From positions 32,706 through 96,705 of the forward strand of contig JAYUNN010000035.1 in NCBI GenBank assembly GCA_043761585.1: DNA of 64,000 nucleotides, given 5' to 3'. A program made the translations under genes and the position numbers. The stretch comes from a bacterium (GTDB lineage Bacteria; Patescibacteriota; JACMRA01; JAYUNN01). Below the pieces are notes generated by a model. The model saw only the letters and a program-made list of their open reading frames with translations. It had not been told where the DNA came from and ran no database searches. Within the stretch, counting starts at the first letter, position 1. Each line of letters begins with the position of its first letter. Shown piece after piece: positions 44,824 through 54,966 of this stretch.

Positions 44824-47400
44824 ATGTTTGTTAAAACCTCCACCGGTCTTGAATCAGTTGATTTCAATAAAATCTTGAAAAAAATTGCTAAATACAGTGC
44901 TGGCTTAAATCAGAAAGTTGATCCTGATTTAGTGGCTCAAAAAACCATTCAAAGTATGATTGACGGCATTTCTACGGCCGAACTAGACAATCTCTCTGCT
45001 GGAATCGCGGCTAATTTCACCAATGTTCATCCAGATTATTCGATTTTAGGAGCAAGACTACTGGTCAATCGCCTGCATAAACAGCTTGAAATTGGCAGTC
45101 GCACATTTACTCAAAATCTGGCTAGAATGTATAACCAAGTCACGCACGGTAAAAAATCTAGTCGAGTTTCTAAGGAGATGTACGAATTTTGTGTTAAGTA
45201 TGAAAATGAAATCGAGGCTATGATTGATTATGATTTGGATTATGATAACTATGATTATTCGGCGATCATGTCATATATTAAAAGTAGTTTGCGTAAAATT
45301 GAAGATGAAACTGCTGAATCTCCGAGCCAGATGTTTATGAGAGTTGCGATAGGTTTGCATATCCCAAAAAAACGTCCTGAGGCAGAGTTGGATAAAATCG
45401 AGGCCTACGCTGGGTTTAGACCTGAGAAATATCGGCTGATGGAGCTAACCGACGAGCAAAGACTGGCTGAAATATACCGCTATTATCGCCAACTAGCTGA
45501 GCGTAAAGTCTCACCTCAGAGTCCGATTATCGTACATGCTGGTAGCGACCTAAATCAAATGCCAAGCTGCTATTTACAGTACTGCGGTGACTCGCTTACG
45601 GGCGATGACTACTATACTGATGGCGTCGTAAAAGGCATCATGGGCTCACTGACACAGATGGCGGCTCAAGGTAAATCTGGCGGTGCTACAGGTGTAAATA
45701 TTTCAGATTTGCGCTCTAAAGGTAGCTATATCGCCAAAACTGGGGGTACCTCCAATGGTATCTTGCCATTTATGAAAATGTTTGATGCTTCTATTTCAGC
45801 TATCGACCAAGGTGGTCGGCGTGCTGGAGTCTGCACACTATATCTAGAACCATGGCACAAAGATGTTTTGGATTTTTTGGATGCGGGAGATCACTTTACA
45901 GTCGAAGAAAAACGCTGTAAACATATTTTTTACGCTCTTTACACCAACGATTTGTTTTTTAAACGACTGATCGAGGGTCAAAATAACGCCAAATGGACCA
46001 TTTTTGATCCGGCTGACGTGGTAGCTCGGCTCGGTCACTCACTCACTGATGTATACGGTCAGCAGTTTGAACAGGAATACGAACTACTCGAAAGTGAGGG
46101 GATCGGACAAACCATACCTTTAATGGAGATCTGGAATCGGGTTTGCAAGCTAATCCAAATCAGTGGTAATCCCTATCTGGTACATAAAGACAGTATAAAT
46201 AGCAAATCAAACCAGCAAAATATCGGGGTAGTCAAAGGTTCTAATGTGTGCTGTGAGGTGACACTGGTTTCAAATAGCGATGAAACTGGTGTATGTGTCC
46301 TATCTTCGATATCTCTACCTCGCTACATCGATCCTGTGACCTTAGAATTTGATTTTGATGCTCTGATCGAGACAGGAGGTCTAACCACTCGCAGCCTCAA
46401 TAATGTGCTTGATATTCAGCATTATCCTACGCCTGAAACTAGAAATTCGTGCATGTCTAGTCGAGCTATTGGTGTGGGAGCTCAAGGTTTGGCGGATGTA
46501 TTTGCTATTTTAAAAATGGATTTTGATAGTTCTGAAGCTAAAAGTTTGAATAAAAAAATCTACGAATGTATTTACTATGGCTGTATGCGTGAAAGTATGG
46601 AGCTAGCTAAACTGGAAGGCGCTTATAAATATTACCCAGGTTCGCCAGTTTCAAAGGGAGTTTTGCAATACGATATGTGGGGCCTCAAAGAAGCAGATTT
46701 ATTTTTAGGAGCCAAATGGGTTGAGCTAAAAGAAGAGATCGCTAGATATGGTGTCAGAAACAGTGAAGTGACCGCGCTCATGCCCACTGCTAGTAGCTCG
46801 ATCCGAATGGGCAACAATGAAATGCACGAACCATTTACTCGAAATATATACATTCGCCAGTATATCGGCGGTTCGGTTCGGGTAATCAATCGCTACTTGG
46901 TCAACGATCTAACTGAGCTAGGACTTTGGAATGAGCAGCTTTGTAACCAAATCATCTGGGCTGATGGTAGCGTCCAGGGGATAGCCGCGATTCCAGCTGA
47001 GATTCAGGCTCGATATCGCACCGCCTACGAGCTAGACTTTAAGACTATGATTGATTTGATGGCCGATCGCAGTCCGTTTGTATCACAAGCTGCGTCACTA
47101 AATCACTTTATTACTTTTGAGGCCAGTGGTCCGACCGCCTTTACGCAGCGGGTAATTTACGCCTGGAAAAAAGGCCTCAAGACCCTTTCATACTACATGC
47201 ACACCGAGACCGCCTCGACAGCTAAAAAAGAACTCGGTGGCTTATCTAGTCAAATCCAAAACCCAGCCAGTGAACCAGCTTTTGCATCGAATCTGCGAGT
47301 ATCACAAAAACTAAATATACCTGAGCACCTCGACCAAATCCAAACCTTAGAAGCAGGGGAGCTCGATGCCCTACAGGACTGTGAGAATTGTTCTAGTTAG
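44824..47400 (+). CDS. nrdA: class I ribonucleotide reductase large (R1/alpha) subunit with N-terminal ATP-cone
   Basis: Active-site GSNVCCEV, the radical-transfer SYYMHT, and a C-terminal CENC redox tail. Confidence 0.9.
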   Translation: MFVKTSTGLESVDFNKILKKIAKYSAGLNQKVDPDLVAQKTIQSMIDGISTAELDNLSAGIAANFTNVHPDYSILGARLLVNRLHKQLEIGSRTFTQNLARMYNQVTHGKKSSRVSKEMYEFCVKYENEIEAMIDYDLDYDNYDYSAIMSYIKSSLRKIEDETAESPSQMFMRVAIGLHIPKKRPEAELDKIEAYAGFRPEKYRLMELTDEQRLAEIYRYYRQLAERKVSPQSPIIVHAGSDLNQMPSCYLQYCGDSLTGDDYYTDGVVKGIMGSLTQMAAQGKSGGATGVNISDLRSKGSYIAKTGGTSNGILPFMKMFDASISAIDQGGRRAGVCTLYLEPWHKDVLDFLDAGDHFTVEEKRCKHIFYALYTNDLFFKRLIEGQNNAKWTIFDPADVVARLGHSLTDVYGQQFEQEYELLESEGIGQTIPLMEIWNRVCKLIQISGNPYLVHKDSINSKSNQQNIGVVKGSNVCCEVTLVSNSDETGVCVLSSISLPRYIDPVTLEFDFDALIETGGLTTRSLNNVLDIQHYPTPETRNSCMSSRAIGVGAQGLADVFAILKMDFDSSEAKSLNKKIYECIYYGCMRESMELAKLEGAYKYYPGSPVSKGVLQYDMWGLKEADLFLGAKWVELKEEIARYGVRNSEVTALMPTASSSIRMGNNEMHEPFTRNIYIRQYIGGSVRVINRYLVNDLTELGLWNEQLCNQIIWADGSVQGIAAIPAEIQARYRTAYELDFKTMIDLMADRSPFVSQAASLNHFITFEASGPTAFTQRVIYAWKKGLKTLSYYMHTETASTAKKELGGLSSQIQNPASEPAFASNLRVSQKLNIPEHLDQIQTLEAGELDALQDCENCSS

Positions 47401-47444
47401 TCAAGTGGTGGAAGATTCGGGCAATTCAGGGGTAAGTGGTTTTG

Positions 47445-47569
47445 TTATTATGGAAGAGGGTAAATACCCCGAAGCTTGCTTCTCACCCTTTTCATAACAA
47501 GCTTAGTAAACGAAGTGAGCTTTTCCATTAGGAATACCTCGTATTTTGGCTCTCGAGGAAGCTTATTTT
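47445..47569 (+). repeat. copy 2 of the ~124-bp structured repeat (partner at 6582..6705)
   Basis: Same orientation as copy 1 and about 85-90% identical by eye. It lies 45 nt after the nrdA stop and 36 nt before the AT-rich gene at 47605. Confidence 0.8.
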
Positions 47570-47604
47570 GAGTTTGATTTAGTGTTTGTTTGGAGATTTA
47601 GAAA

Positions 47605-49065
47605 ATGTTTAGAAATATGATTGATTGCACAAATTGGATTGACGTCCTTAAAACCCTTAGTGATCCTAACCCAAGTTGCACAATCCAAAATCCATTAATT
47701 ATACCAATTGTTAGCACGCTCATACTAAGTATTATAGGAATCATTTTGCATTTTTTTAAGAAAAAACTACTCAACTCTTGGAGTATAATGAGCCAAAAAG
47801 TTATTCGGTTTTGGAAAAAGATTATTAAGAAAAAACTAACCTTAGTAATCTGTATCAGCCATGAAACAGAAGAAGAGAAAATGCGCATAAAAAACGATTT
47901 TATACAAACTATAAAAGATTTGATACAAGATCAAAAGCTTAGTCGAGAAATTGATTTGAAGATTGAAAATAATGATCAGCTGTTAGACAAGCTAAACAAT
48001 TATCACGGTAGTCAAGAAGAGATTAAGTATATAAATGAAGTTGTGTCAGGAGATTTTTTTATTTATGGATCAGTTAAAAAACGGGATGAATCTAAAAAAG
48101 ACACTTTCATACTAAATTTAAAACCTTTAGTAATGCCTGGAAAAATTTCAAAAATTTCAGATTACAATCAAAACCTCATCCAGGATTCGTTAAATGAAAT
48201 ATGGATATCAATATACAACATAAATAAACAATCTGAATTAACAGGCTTTGTTTTGAGTGCTGAATTAAGCTACATATCTTCAATATACATACTCGCAATA
48301 TCTACATTTATAAGTAAGAATTATGTAATGAGTGAGAAGTTATTCAAAAGCTTCAATTCGAATATTTTGGAAAAATACGTGAATTTCCCTAAATTGAGAG
48401 GCTTAAAATTAAAGACAGACATATTTTTGTCTGCCATCTACTTTAATTATGCCACTGAAGAACATAAAAAAAGAAGTAAAAAACAAGGTGACATAGATCA
48501 ACACATTGCACAATCACTAAAATACGACCATAAGAATTATAGCACATATCTTTTGAAAGCTAAGATAGAGTTTGAAAGCGGTAATGTAAAATCTTCTAAA
48601 AACACTATTAAAAAAGCAAGGAATCACAGTAACTCTGATTCCACCTGGATGTACAGCGAAGCTTTTCTTTTTTTATGGCAAAAAGAATACAATAAATCCC
48701 TTGTGCAATATAAAAAACTAAATAAAAAAAATTGTTTTGATGAGCAAAAAACAGTCGAAGATGTATGCAAATTTATAAAGAAGTTACACAAAAATAATCT
48801 TAAGCGAAATGACTTATTATTTATTTTAGGTTTTTTACACTATAATAAAACAAAAGATTTTGGCGCTGCTAAGTATCACTTCGATAATTTTATTAGCAAA
48901 ACTATAAATGATCCTCAGTTAAAAATTTTACGAGATTATGCTAAGGTGTGCCTTTCAGATATTGGAAATCAGAATTTAAAATTTAATTTAATATTTAGAC
49001 CAGTTGTTTTCTTAAAAGAAACATTTTTTAAATTAATTAATTTTTTTAAATCACAAATTTCATAG
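47605..49065 (+). CDS. hypothetical membrane-anchored protein with C-terminal TPR-like repeats, in an AT-rich islet
   Basis: A 486-aa ORF with a TM (PLIIPIVSTLILSIIGIILHFF). The C-terminal helical repeats look TPR-like (YLLKAKIEFESGNVKSSKNTIKKA, AFLFLWQKEYNKSLVQYKKL). Hand counts on sample lines give ~27-30% GC. Confidence 0.6.
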   Translation: MFRNMIDCTNWIDVLKTLSDPNPSCTIQNPLIIPIVSTLILSIIGIILHFFKKKLLNSWSIMSQKVIRFWKKIIKKKLTLVICISHETEEEKMRIKNDFIQTIKDLIQDQKLSREIDLKIENNDQLLDKLNNYHGSQEEIKYINEVVSGDFFIYGSVKKRDESKKDTFILNLKPLVMPGKISKISDYNQNLIQDSLNEIWISIYNINKQSELTGFVLSAELSYISSIYILAISTFISKNYVMSEKLFKSFNSNILEKYVNFPKLRGLKLKTDIFLSAIYFNYATEEHKKRSKKQGDIDQHIAQSLKYDHKNYSTYLLKAKIEFESGNVKSSKNTIKKARNHSNSDSTWMYSEAFLFLWQKEYNKSLVQYKKLNKKNCFDEQKTVEDVCKFIKKLHKNNLKRNDLLFILGFLHYNKTKDFGAAKYHFDNFISKTINDPQLKILRDYAKVCLSDIGNQNLKFNLIFRPVVFLKETFFKLINFFKSQIS

Positions 49066-49163
49066 CAGGAGCTACAGGGCGTCCAAAAAGCTCAGTAAAA
49101 GGAGTAAGGGAATTTCCAAATGCTCATTCGTATGAATTTGCTAATCTGGATCAATGCAAGCGA

Positions 49164-49373
49164 GTGATTAAAACTATTGATCTATTTATCCAGATACATG
49201 AAACGGAAGACGAAAATAATCCATATAAAATTGTCACAAGTAAAACAATAGTAAATGCAGGAATTTATAGTGACAGAAAAAAAGTAGCTCCATTGTTTAG
49301 CACTCTTTCACTAAATAGCCTTATCATATATGGTGGGCAAAGGTTCTATTGGAAGCTAAATCCTGAAAAGTAA
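49164..49373 (+). CDS. small ORF, possibly winged-helix-like; frame is open from 49050 without an ATG
   Basis: GTG start in the track. The same frame is open 38 codons further upstream (GATGRPKSSVKGVREF...). This could be a truncated gene. Confidence 0.3.
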   Translation: MIKTIDLFIQIHETEDENNPYKIVTSKTIVNAGIYSDRKKVAPLFSTLSLNSLIIYGGQRFYWKLNPEK

Positions 49374-49426
49374 GAAGAGCTAAAAGCTTACAAAGGATAT
49401 TGCATTGGATTAGCAATACCATAAAC

Positions 49427-50029
49427 TTATGACAGATCTAAATCGTGATAATTTTTCCATTGGCTCCACCAAACGACCCCAAATCCAAGACTTGCCCCGA
49501 CTAAATTGCTCATCATATCAAAAATAGTATCGGGATAATATAGAGCATATTTGGAATTTAAACCCCAAAGTACTCGCAGTCCAAATTCTACAAATTCCAC
49601 CAGATTTCCAAAGAAACAGATCACGCTCAAAACCAGTATAAATAGACCTAAATGTGCTATTTTTGACTGGGTTTTTGTATAAATCATTTTCCAGGCCGGC
49701 AGCAGCAAAACCACCAGAGCCATGGCCCACAGAGAGTGCTCGACTCGATTTACCCAAAAGTAAAAATTATCAGATTTTAGACCCAGTATCACAAATTTTA
49801 TAACACTTCCAAGAAGCGGATATAAATACAAACTCCCAGTATAAAGCTGATTTTCAAGCGGTGAAAGCACTTTAACTTTGTCAAAGACACTCCAAAAAAG
49901 ACTGATCCCAAGCCAAACTAGTAAAAAAATCAACCAAGTCGGTGCGATCAAAAAACCGATTGCCGCTAAAATTGTGAAATATACTAGTCGAAACTTGAGT
50001 TCGAGATTTAATTTATTTAAAAGATTCAT
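49427..50029 (-). CDS. hypothetical integral membrane protein (about 6 TM)
   Basis: A 200-aa hydrophobic ORF with no motif recognised. Confidence 0.55.
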   Translation of the reverse strand: MNLLNKLNLELKFRLVYFTILAAIGFLIAPTWLIFLLVWLGISLFWSVFDKVKVLSPLENQLYTGSLYLYPLLGSVIKFVILGLKSDNFYFWVNRVEHSLWAMALVVLLLPAWKMIYTKTQSKIAHLGLFILVLSVICFFGNLVEFVEFGLRVLWGLNSKYALYYPDTIFDMMSNLVGASLGFGVVWWSQWKNYHDLDLS

Positions 50030-50148
50030 AGTTAAAATTTTTATTAAAATATAGGGTTTAAACTTACTTAGGTATTTTCTCTAGTTTGGATTATAGTGCT
50101 CTGTGTAGGTTTGAGCAAATTTATTGTAAAGAAAAATGATTAGCCGTT

Positions 50149-50541
50149 TTAAATTCTAGAATTTGGGTTAAGTTCTTCATCGCAATTGAATTCAAAGTAG
50201 AGATTAAATTGTACCGATTTAGGTAATTGGACCAATAAAGGCTTTAAAGATTTTAAATTTACGGGCATTTTTTGGTAGTTTTTTATCAAAATCAGTAATT
50301 CTTGTTCTAATTTTGGATACTCTAAATAGTCCATTTTATCCCAATCGTAGACTATAATTTGCCCAATTTTTTGTCGTATTTCACACCGAGTTTGATAAAT
50401 TTTTTTAAAAAGATGGAAATTTTCAACTATAAAAATTAAAAAGTGTGTCGAGGATATTACGAGCTGTTTGATACCGTTACACAGGTTTTCAGACGAAGTC
50501 CGAGTGGTTCTATCTGAAACTGTTACGGTTTCGTGTGTCAC
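50149..50541 (-). CDS. hypothetical protein
   Basis: A 130-aa ORF with no motif recognised. Confidence 0.45.
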   Translation of the reverse strand: MTHETVTVSDRTTRTSSENLCNGIKQLVISSTHFLIFIVENFHLFKKIYQTRCEIRQKIGQIIVYDWDKMDYLEYPKLEQELLILIKNYQKMPVNLKSLKPLLVQLPKSVQFNLYFEFNCDEELNPNSRI

Positions 50542-50589
50542 AGCCTAAAACCTCTAAAAAAAGCTATGTTTATAAAAAATCAGCTCATT

Positions 50590-50755
50590 TTTACATTCTC
50601 TACATCGCTCCAGTATCGGACTCTTTCCTTTTTACAAAGTCTCACTTGATAAAGAAGGCTATGATCTTTTTACTTGTTCCGAGTTCAAACAGTTCTGCAG
50701 CAATACTGCTCTAAACGAGGTATTTTTTGGGAAGAGGGCGGGGAAATATAAAAAT
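50590..50755 (+). repeat. intergenic element family X, copy
   Basis: Blocks ccagtatcggactctttcctttttacaaagtctcacttg, gagttcaaacagttctgcagcaatactgc and taaacgaggtattttttgggaagagggcgggg. Its orientation is opposite to the flanking minus-strand genes. Confidence 0.6.
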
Positions 50756-50779
50756 AGGAAATAAAAAAGAGTGTGTTTA

Positions 50780-51415
50780 TTACTTTGTTCGGTTATTGAC
50801 AGGCATAAACTGGAATTGTAAACCATAAAAGATTAGCATCTCAAATAGGCTAAATCCCAAAATAAATACCAAGCCCTGCCAGCCAGGATTTAGTTTGCCC
50901 AGCACATCGAGCGGAGCAGTAAAAATATCCCAAGAGTTTAGCCGCACAAATCTACCTAAATAAATCCCAAAGCTAATCACTCCAAAATACAGTATTTGGA
51001 AAAATATTTTAGGTTTAAATTCTTTAAAAAGTAGCTGGGTTTGGCTGTAAAATAAGACTATTCCGATGAGAAAAAGTCCAAGCATGCTTAGTAAATTTCC
51101 TAAATCTGGGCTAATTGCACTATTTTTTAATAACTCCCAAAATTGAAGTGGTGTACCACCTCGATCGTAAATATTTGCACTTGGGTCAGTCGCAAAAATA
51201 TGAACTAAGTCGGTGGTTAGGTAAATACTGTTTGGTAAAAATAAAAACATCACCAACAAATTTAAGTAGTATAAAGATTTGAGGGACTTTCTTTGAGATA
51301 ATTTGGCTAAAGACCAAAAAATATACGGTACAATTGCCAAAGCAACGTTCCAAATTATCCAATATTTAATGATAAAGTTGGCTAAAAAATTCATATACTT
51401 CAAGATATGTTTCAA
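50780..51415 (-). CDS. polytopic membrane protein (possibly DUF1361-like), last gene of the pspA operon
   Basis: 211 aa with about 6 TM. NVALAIVPYIF and LPNSIYLTTDLVHIF resemble what I recall of DUF1361. It starts 16 nt after the AAA+ gene stop. Confidence 0.5.
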   Translation of the reverse strand: MKHILKYMNFLANFIIKYWIIWNVALAIVPYIFWSLAKLSQRKSLKSLYYLNLLVMFLFLPNSIYLTTDLVHIFATDPSANIYDRGGTPLQFWELLKNSAISPDLGNLLSMLGLFLIGIVLFYSQTQLLFKEFKPKIFFQILYFGVISFGIYLGRFVRLNSWDIFTAPLDVLGKLNPGWQGLVFILGFSLFEMLIFYGLQFQFMPVNNRTK

Positions 51416-51431
51416 AAACTAATATCAAAAT

Positions 51432-53039
51432 TTATTCTAGTAAATCAATGTCTGTAACTTCGGCTAGGGCTGCAGCAATTTGCTTATTTATGGTATTTAT
51501 ATCAATCGAAGAGCGAAAAGCGTGTATAATTTGCACAAAATCTTTAACAGCCAAATTATCGCCATTTAATATTTCCACTCGCTTGCATTTAATCAAAAGG
51601 CTTTCGATATCAGCTCCCGAACGAATTTCAACCAAATCTGATTCGTTTAAAGAGTTTAAAAATGAGTTAATATCGACTTTTAAACCAATTTTTTTAGCTA
51701 AAACCTGAAATAAAACCAGTTTTTCGGCTATATTTTTGGGGTAAAATAGTGGAATATGGACTTCAGCTCGACCTTGGCGTTTGAGATCCACTGGCAGCAG
51801 CTCAGGTCTAGAAGTCAGCAGCATCCAAATTAATTTACCTCGATTGGTGGTATCACCCATAGTTTGAGCCAAGCTTGCAAAAACTCGTTTGTCAGTACCG
51901 CTGTCACCATTTTCGTCTCGATTACCCAGAGCTGCGTCAGCCTCATCAATCATGATCACCACTGGTGCTAAATTCTGCAAAGTAGTCAATACTTTTTCCC
52001 AGTTGGCCTCGGTGCTACCGACCCAGCGATCTCGAAAATTTTTGAGTTTCACTACAGGTACACCAGCTTCACCCGCAAAACACTCGGCTAAAAATGATTT
52101 GCCTGTGCCTACTGGTCCGCAAATCAAATATCCCATCGGCACAGCCTCCAGGCGACCGTCTTTTAAAAGTTTAGCATCTTCTCGCAGTCTTTTTTTAGCC
52201 TTATCTTGTCCAGCAAGATTATCAAGGGTGCGAGCGGTTTCAACAAATTCAAAAAATTGGGCATTTTCTTTTTCGATCAACTCTTTTTTAACTTTAGACA
52301 AGTCGTCAATCACTATTTCTTTATCTTTAAAATTTAAAAATAGCTCAAAAATAGCTTTGCGGTTTAGGCCATTGATTAGTTTAGAAATCGTAATTTGGCT
52401 CAGGTCAGTCTTAATTTTAAAATATTTTAAAAACTTTTGAACTGTTTTTTTACGCTCATCTTGATCTGGAAAATCGATCAATATTTTTGATATATCAGTG
52501 TTGGAGCTGATTTGTGGGGAAATAAAATTTAGATTTGAGGTGGTTAAAACCACGGTTATGTTTTGCTGCAAAATACTTTTATTTTTGGCCCATTCTAAAA
52601 GAGTTACTAGCACTTTTTTTTGCTCTAGCTCGAGTGTGGATAGTTCTTGGGCTGGGATCAAAAGCTCGGCCCAAGACACAATCAGGGCCACACTTTTTTG
52701 CGTGCCGACTATTTTTAAAAATCGATCAAGTAACCTAAAGATTTCACCAGAATCCGCAGGCAGTCTATCCATATAGGTTGTACCTTTTAGGCTATCATAG
52801 CCACTAAGTAATTTTTGGAATTCAAGTTTTGAGCTTTCATCTCGAAATTTTAACCCAGTTCCAATGTTAAATTCGAGTACAATTTCACGTGAACCAAACA
52901 CAGTTTGGCTTAGATACGCACTTAATTCTTGGTCGACTTGATCGGTATCTTCAAATAAATCGTCGATGTTGCCATGCAGTATAAAAACGGACTTTTGTTT
53001 ATTTAGATAGTTTTCTTTCAGGGTTTCAAGCCAAGACAT
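51432..53039 (-). CDS. tandem AAA+ ATPase: degenerate N-terminal AAA-like half plus an active classical-clade AAA domain
   Basis: Walker A GPVGTGKS, Walker B VIMIDEAD, sensor/SRH region LLTSRPELLPVDLKRQGRAEVHIPLFYP. The N-terminal half keeps the AAA topology (VFILHGNIDD, VALIVSWAELL, VVLTTSN, IDFPDQDERKK) but lacks a P-loop. Confidence 0.85.
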   Translation of the reverse strand: MSWLETLKENYLNKQKSVFILHGNIDDLFEDTDQVDQELSAYLSQTVFGSREIVLEFNIGTGLKFRDESSKLEFQKLLSGYDSLKGTTYMDRLPADSGEIFRLLDRFLKIVGTQKSVALIVSWAELLIPAQELSTLELEQKKVLVTLLEWAKNKSILQQNITVVLTTSNLNFISPQISSNTDISKILIDFPDQDERKKTVQKFLKYFKIKTDLSQITISKLINGLNRKAIFELFLNFKDKEIVIDDLSKVKKELIEKENAQFFEFVETARTLDNLAGQDKAKKRLREDAKLLKDGRLEAVPMGYLICGPVGTGKSFLAECFAGEAGVPVVKLKNFRDRWVGSTEANWEKVLTTLQNLAPVVIMIDEADAALGNRDENGDSGTDKRVFASLAQTMGDTTNRGKLIWMLLTSRPELLPVDLKRQGRAEVHIPLFYPKNIAEKLVLFQVLAKKIGLKVDINSFLNSLNESDLVEIRSGADIESLLIKCKRVEILNGDNLAVKDFVQIIHAFRSSIDINTINKQIAAALAEVTDIDLLE

Positions 53040-53085
53040 ATTTAGTTTAAAGTAGATTAGCAGTTTTTTATAGCGTTAAGGCATT

Positions 53086-54870
53086 TTAGAAATAACTAGC
53101 AATTACCTCCAAAAGCTTTTGTATATCACTCGTATCACCAAACTGAACTCGGGTATCACTAGCTCTGGCAATAGCATTTAAGGCATTTAGATCAGCATCT
53201 TTACCATAAGCGATCGGAATAACTAAAATTGGGTTATCACCTTTTTTGATCTTGCTTAGCAGGTCAGTCACATCGGCTAAACTGTGCGTGCTATTGGTGT
53301 CGCGGCCGTCACTAAGTAAAATAATAGCTCGAATACTTTGATCTTTAGGATCGGTATTTTTATCTAAAGTATCTAAGGTTTGATACAAGCCGTCATAAAG
53401 TGCAGTCGATCCATCGGCAACTACCTGATCTAAATCATTGTTTATTTTGGCTTGATTGGACTCAAGTGGTGCCAGCGCCGATAATTCTTTAACCTCAGTA
53501 TTAAAAATCTTCAAACCGACTCGATTGGCAATAGGCAATTTTTCCACAAAAGTTCGCAGTGCTTTGACCGCATTTTGAAGCGGCAGACCATCCATCGAGC
53601 CAGAAGTATCTAAAAGCATGAAAACTTCACTTTTCTTTTTGACCAGATTCCAGCTCTGCTGAATTGCCGAAATCACTTCAGGAGTCGGCAAATTTAGAGT
53701 AGTTTTTGGTTGGCTTGGATCTACGCCTAGTTCACCTGTTAGAGGATAGCCTAGCGGCACTTTATCATTTACTGGCCTAAATCCATTTTCCAGTATTTTT
53801 TGCTGGACTTTTTCACTTAAAACATAACTTGTGAAGACTTTAGCGGCCGCTGCTTGCTCGTCACTGACCCAGCTAGCTTTTGGAATCGCAAACGGATGAT
53901 CATGAATTAAAGTACCTTCTTTAGGGTAAAGCGCGATTAGTTTTTCAGTTGGTTTAGTGTCCGTTTTCCCTTGATTGATATAGATTAGATCGTTTTCTTC
54001 CAGAGCTACAAAATCTAAATATTGAGGACCTTGAGCGATATATTCTTTAAATTCAGTGGTTCGACTCGAGTAATGTTTGATCAAATTTTCAATGCTTCGC
54101 ACACCTTCTTTGACTTTTTGGTCGGCGATTGTGACTTGAGTTAATTGTTCTTGATTTGGGTTTCCAGACAAATATTTACTGCTGGCGTAAAATTCACCAA
54201 TTAAAGTAGATAATCCAGTAGAACTAATTTGCGGATCGGTATGTCCGTAGTAAACTTTTTTGCGCGTCAAAGTGGGGGAGTAACTTAACCAGCCATTTGG
54301 GTCATTTAAGACATCTATCAGCTCTTGCCAGCCAATTTCTTTGCCGGGATTTTTAGCCTTAATCAGATTTAGCCTACTTTCCCAGATAGCGATTACGACT
54401 GGGGTATTAGCGGTGGCTATAGCTTCGTCCATTTTAAAAACTTCTTTTCCAGTTTCAAAATTCACCAATTGTAGCCAAGTAGACACGCTTGGTTCAAAAA
54501 TAGTTGGCCGCTCGACTTGATCCGTTTTGGAGCCATTGATAGCGCTGACTATGTCGGTCCTTACCGTACCAGACGAGCCTGATTTACCAGTTATTTTGAT
54601 CTTTTTTTCACCATTTTTGAGTTTCTCACCAGTTATGGGATTGATGCTTTTTTCAAAAGAATTATTAAAATCTTGAATGGCGTCTTTAAGATAGCTTTCA
54701 GATTCTGGGGCGTAAATTATCGAGATTTCAGTGGTGGCTCGATTATCGCTGCCAGATATGGTACCAAAGTTAAAATTGGCAAAATTTGGTACCAGCTGTG
54801 AAATCAAAATTGCTATAGCAATAACTGCAAAGGCTATAAATACAGCTAAAGAAGATTTATTATTAGTCAT
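53086..54870 (-). CDS. membrane-anchored extracytoplasmic protein: solute-binding-protein-like domain fused to a C-terminal vWA domain
   Basis: N-terminal anchor (LAVFIAFAVIAIAILISQL). The vWA MIDAS is VFMLLDTSGSMDG, followed by ILLSDGRDT. The ~400-aa region upstream is SBP-like (family recalled as substrate-binding and VWA domain-containing protein). Confidence 0.7.
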   Translation of the reverse strand: MTNNKSSLAVFIAFAVIAIAILISQLVPNFANFNFGTISGSDNRATTEISIIYAPESESYLKDAIQDFNNSFEKSINPITGEKLKNGEKKIKITGKSGSSGTVRTDIVSAINGSKTDQVERPTIFEPSVSTWLQLVNFETGKEVFKMDEAIATANTPVVIAIWESRLNLIKAKNPGKEIGWQELIDVLNDPNGWLSYSPTLTRKKVYYGHTDPQISSTGLSTLIGEFYASSKYLSGNPNQEQLTQVTIADQKVKEGVRSIENLIKHYSSRTTEFKEYIAQGPQYLDFVALEENDLIYINQGKTDTKPTEKLIALYPKEGTLIHDHPFAIPKASWVSDEQAAAAKVFTSYVLSEKVQQKILENGFRPVNDKVPLGYPLTGELGVDPSQPKTTLNLPTPEVISAIQQSWNLVKKKSEVFMLLDTSGSMDGLPLQNAVKALRTFVEKLPIANRVGLKIFNTEVKELSALAPLESNQAKINNDLDQVVADGSTALYDGLYQTLDTLDKNTDPKDQSIRAIILLSDGRDTNSTHSLADVTDLLSKIKKGDNPILVIPIAYGKDADLNALNAIARASDTRVQFGDTSDIQKLLEVIASYF

Positions 54871-54966
54871 ATTTGGTCGTATCGTGTGTAAATTTATGCT
54901 TTAGATTCTGTTAGTACTAGATTTATCGCTACAAGCTACGCACTAGTCAAGTAAAATAATTTTTAT

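Noticed and set aside
47403-47440. tggtggaagattcggg, which looks like the 3' end of a minus-strand tRNA or tmRNA.
   Set aside because: No T-arm (ggttcgaatcc complement) or acceptor stem can be folded from the adjacent sequence.
51448-52776. Plus-strand ORFs (51448-51708, 51889-52440, 52498-52776, 52535-52738) inside the AAA+ gene.
   Set aside because: They are antisense to a strongly supported CDS with clear Walker motifs. Their translations are low-complexity (Ser/Leu/Phe-rich) with no motifs, as expected for shadow ORFs.
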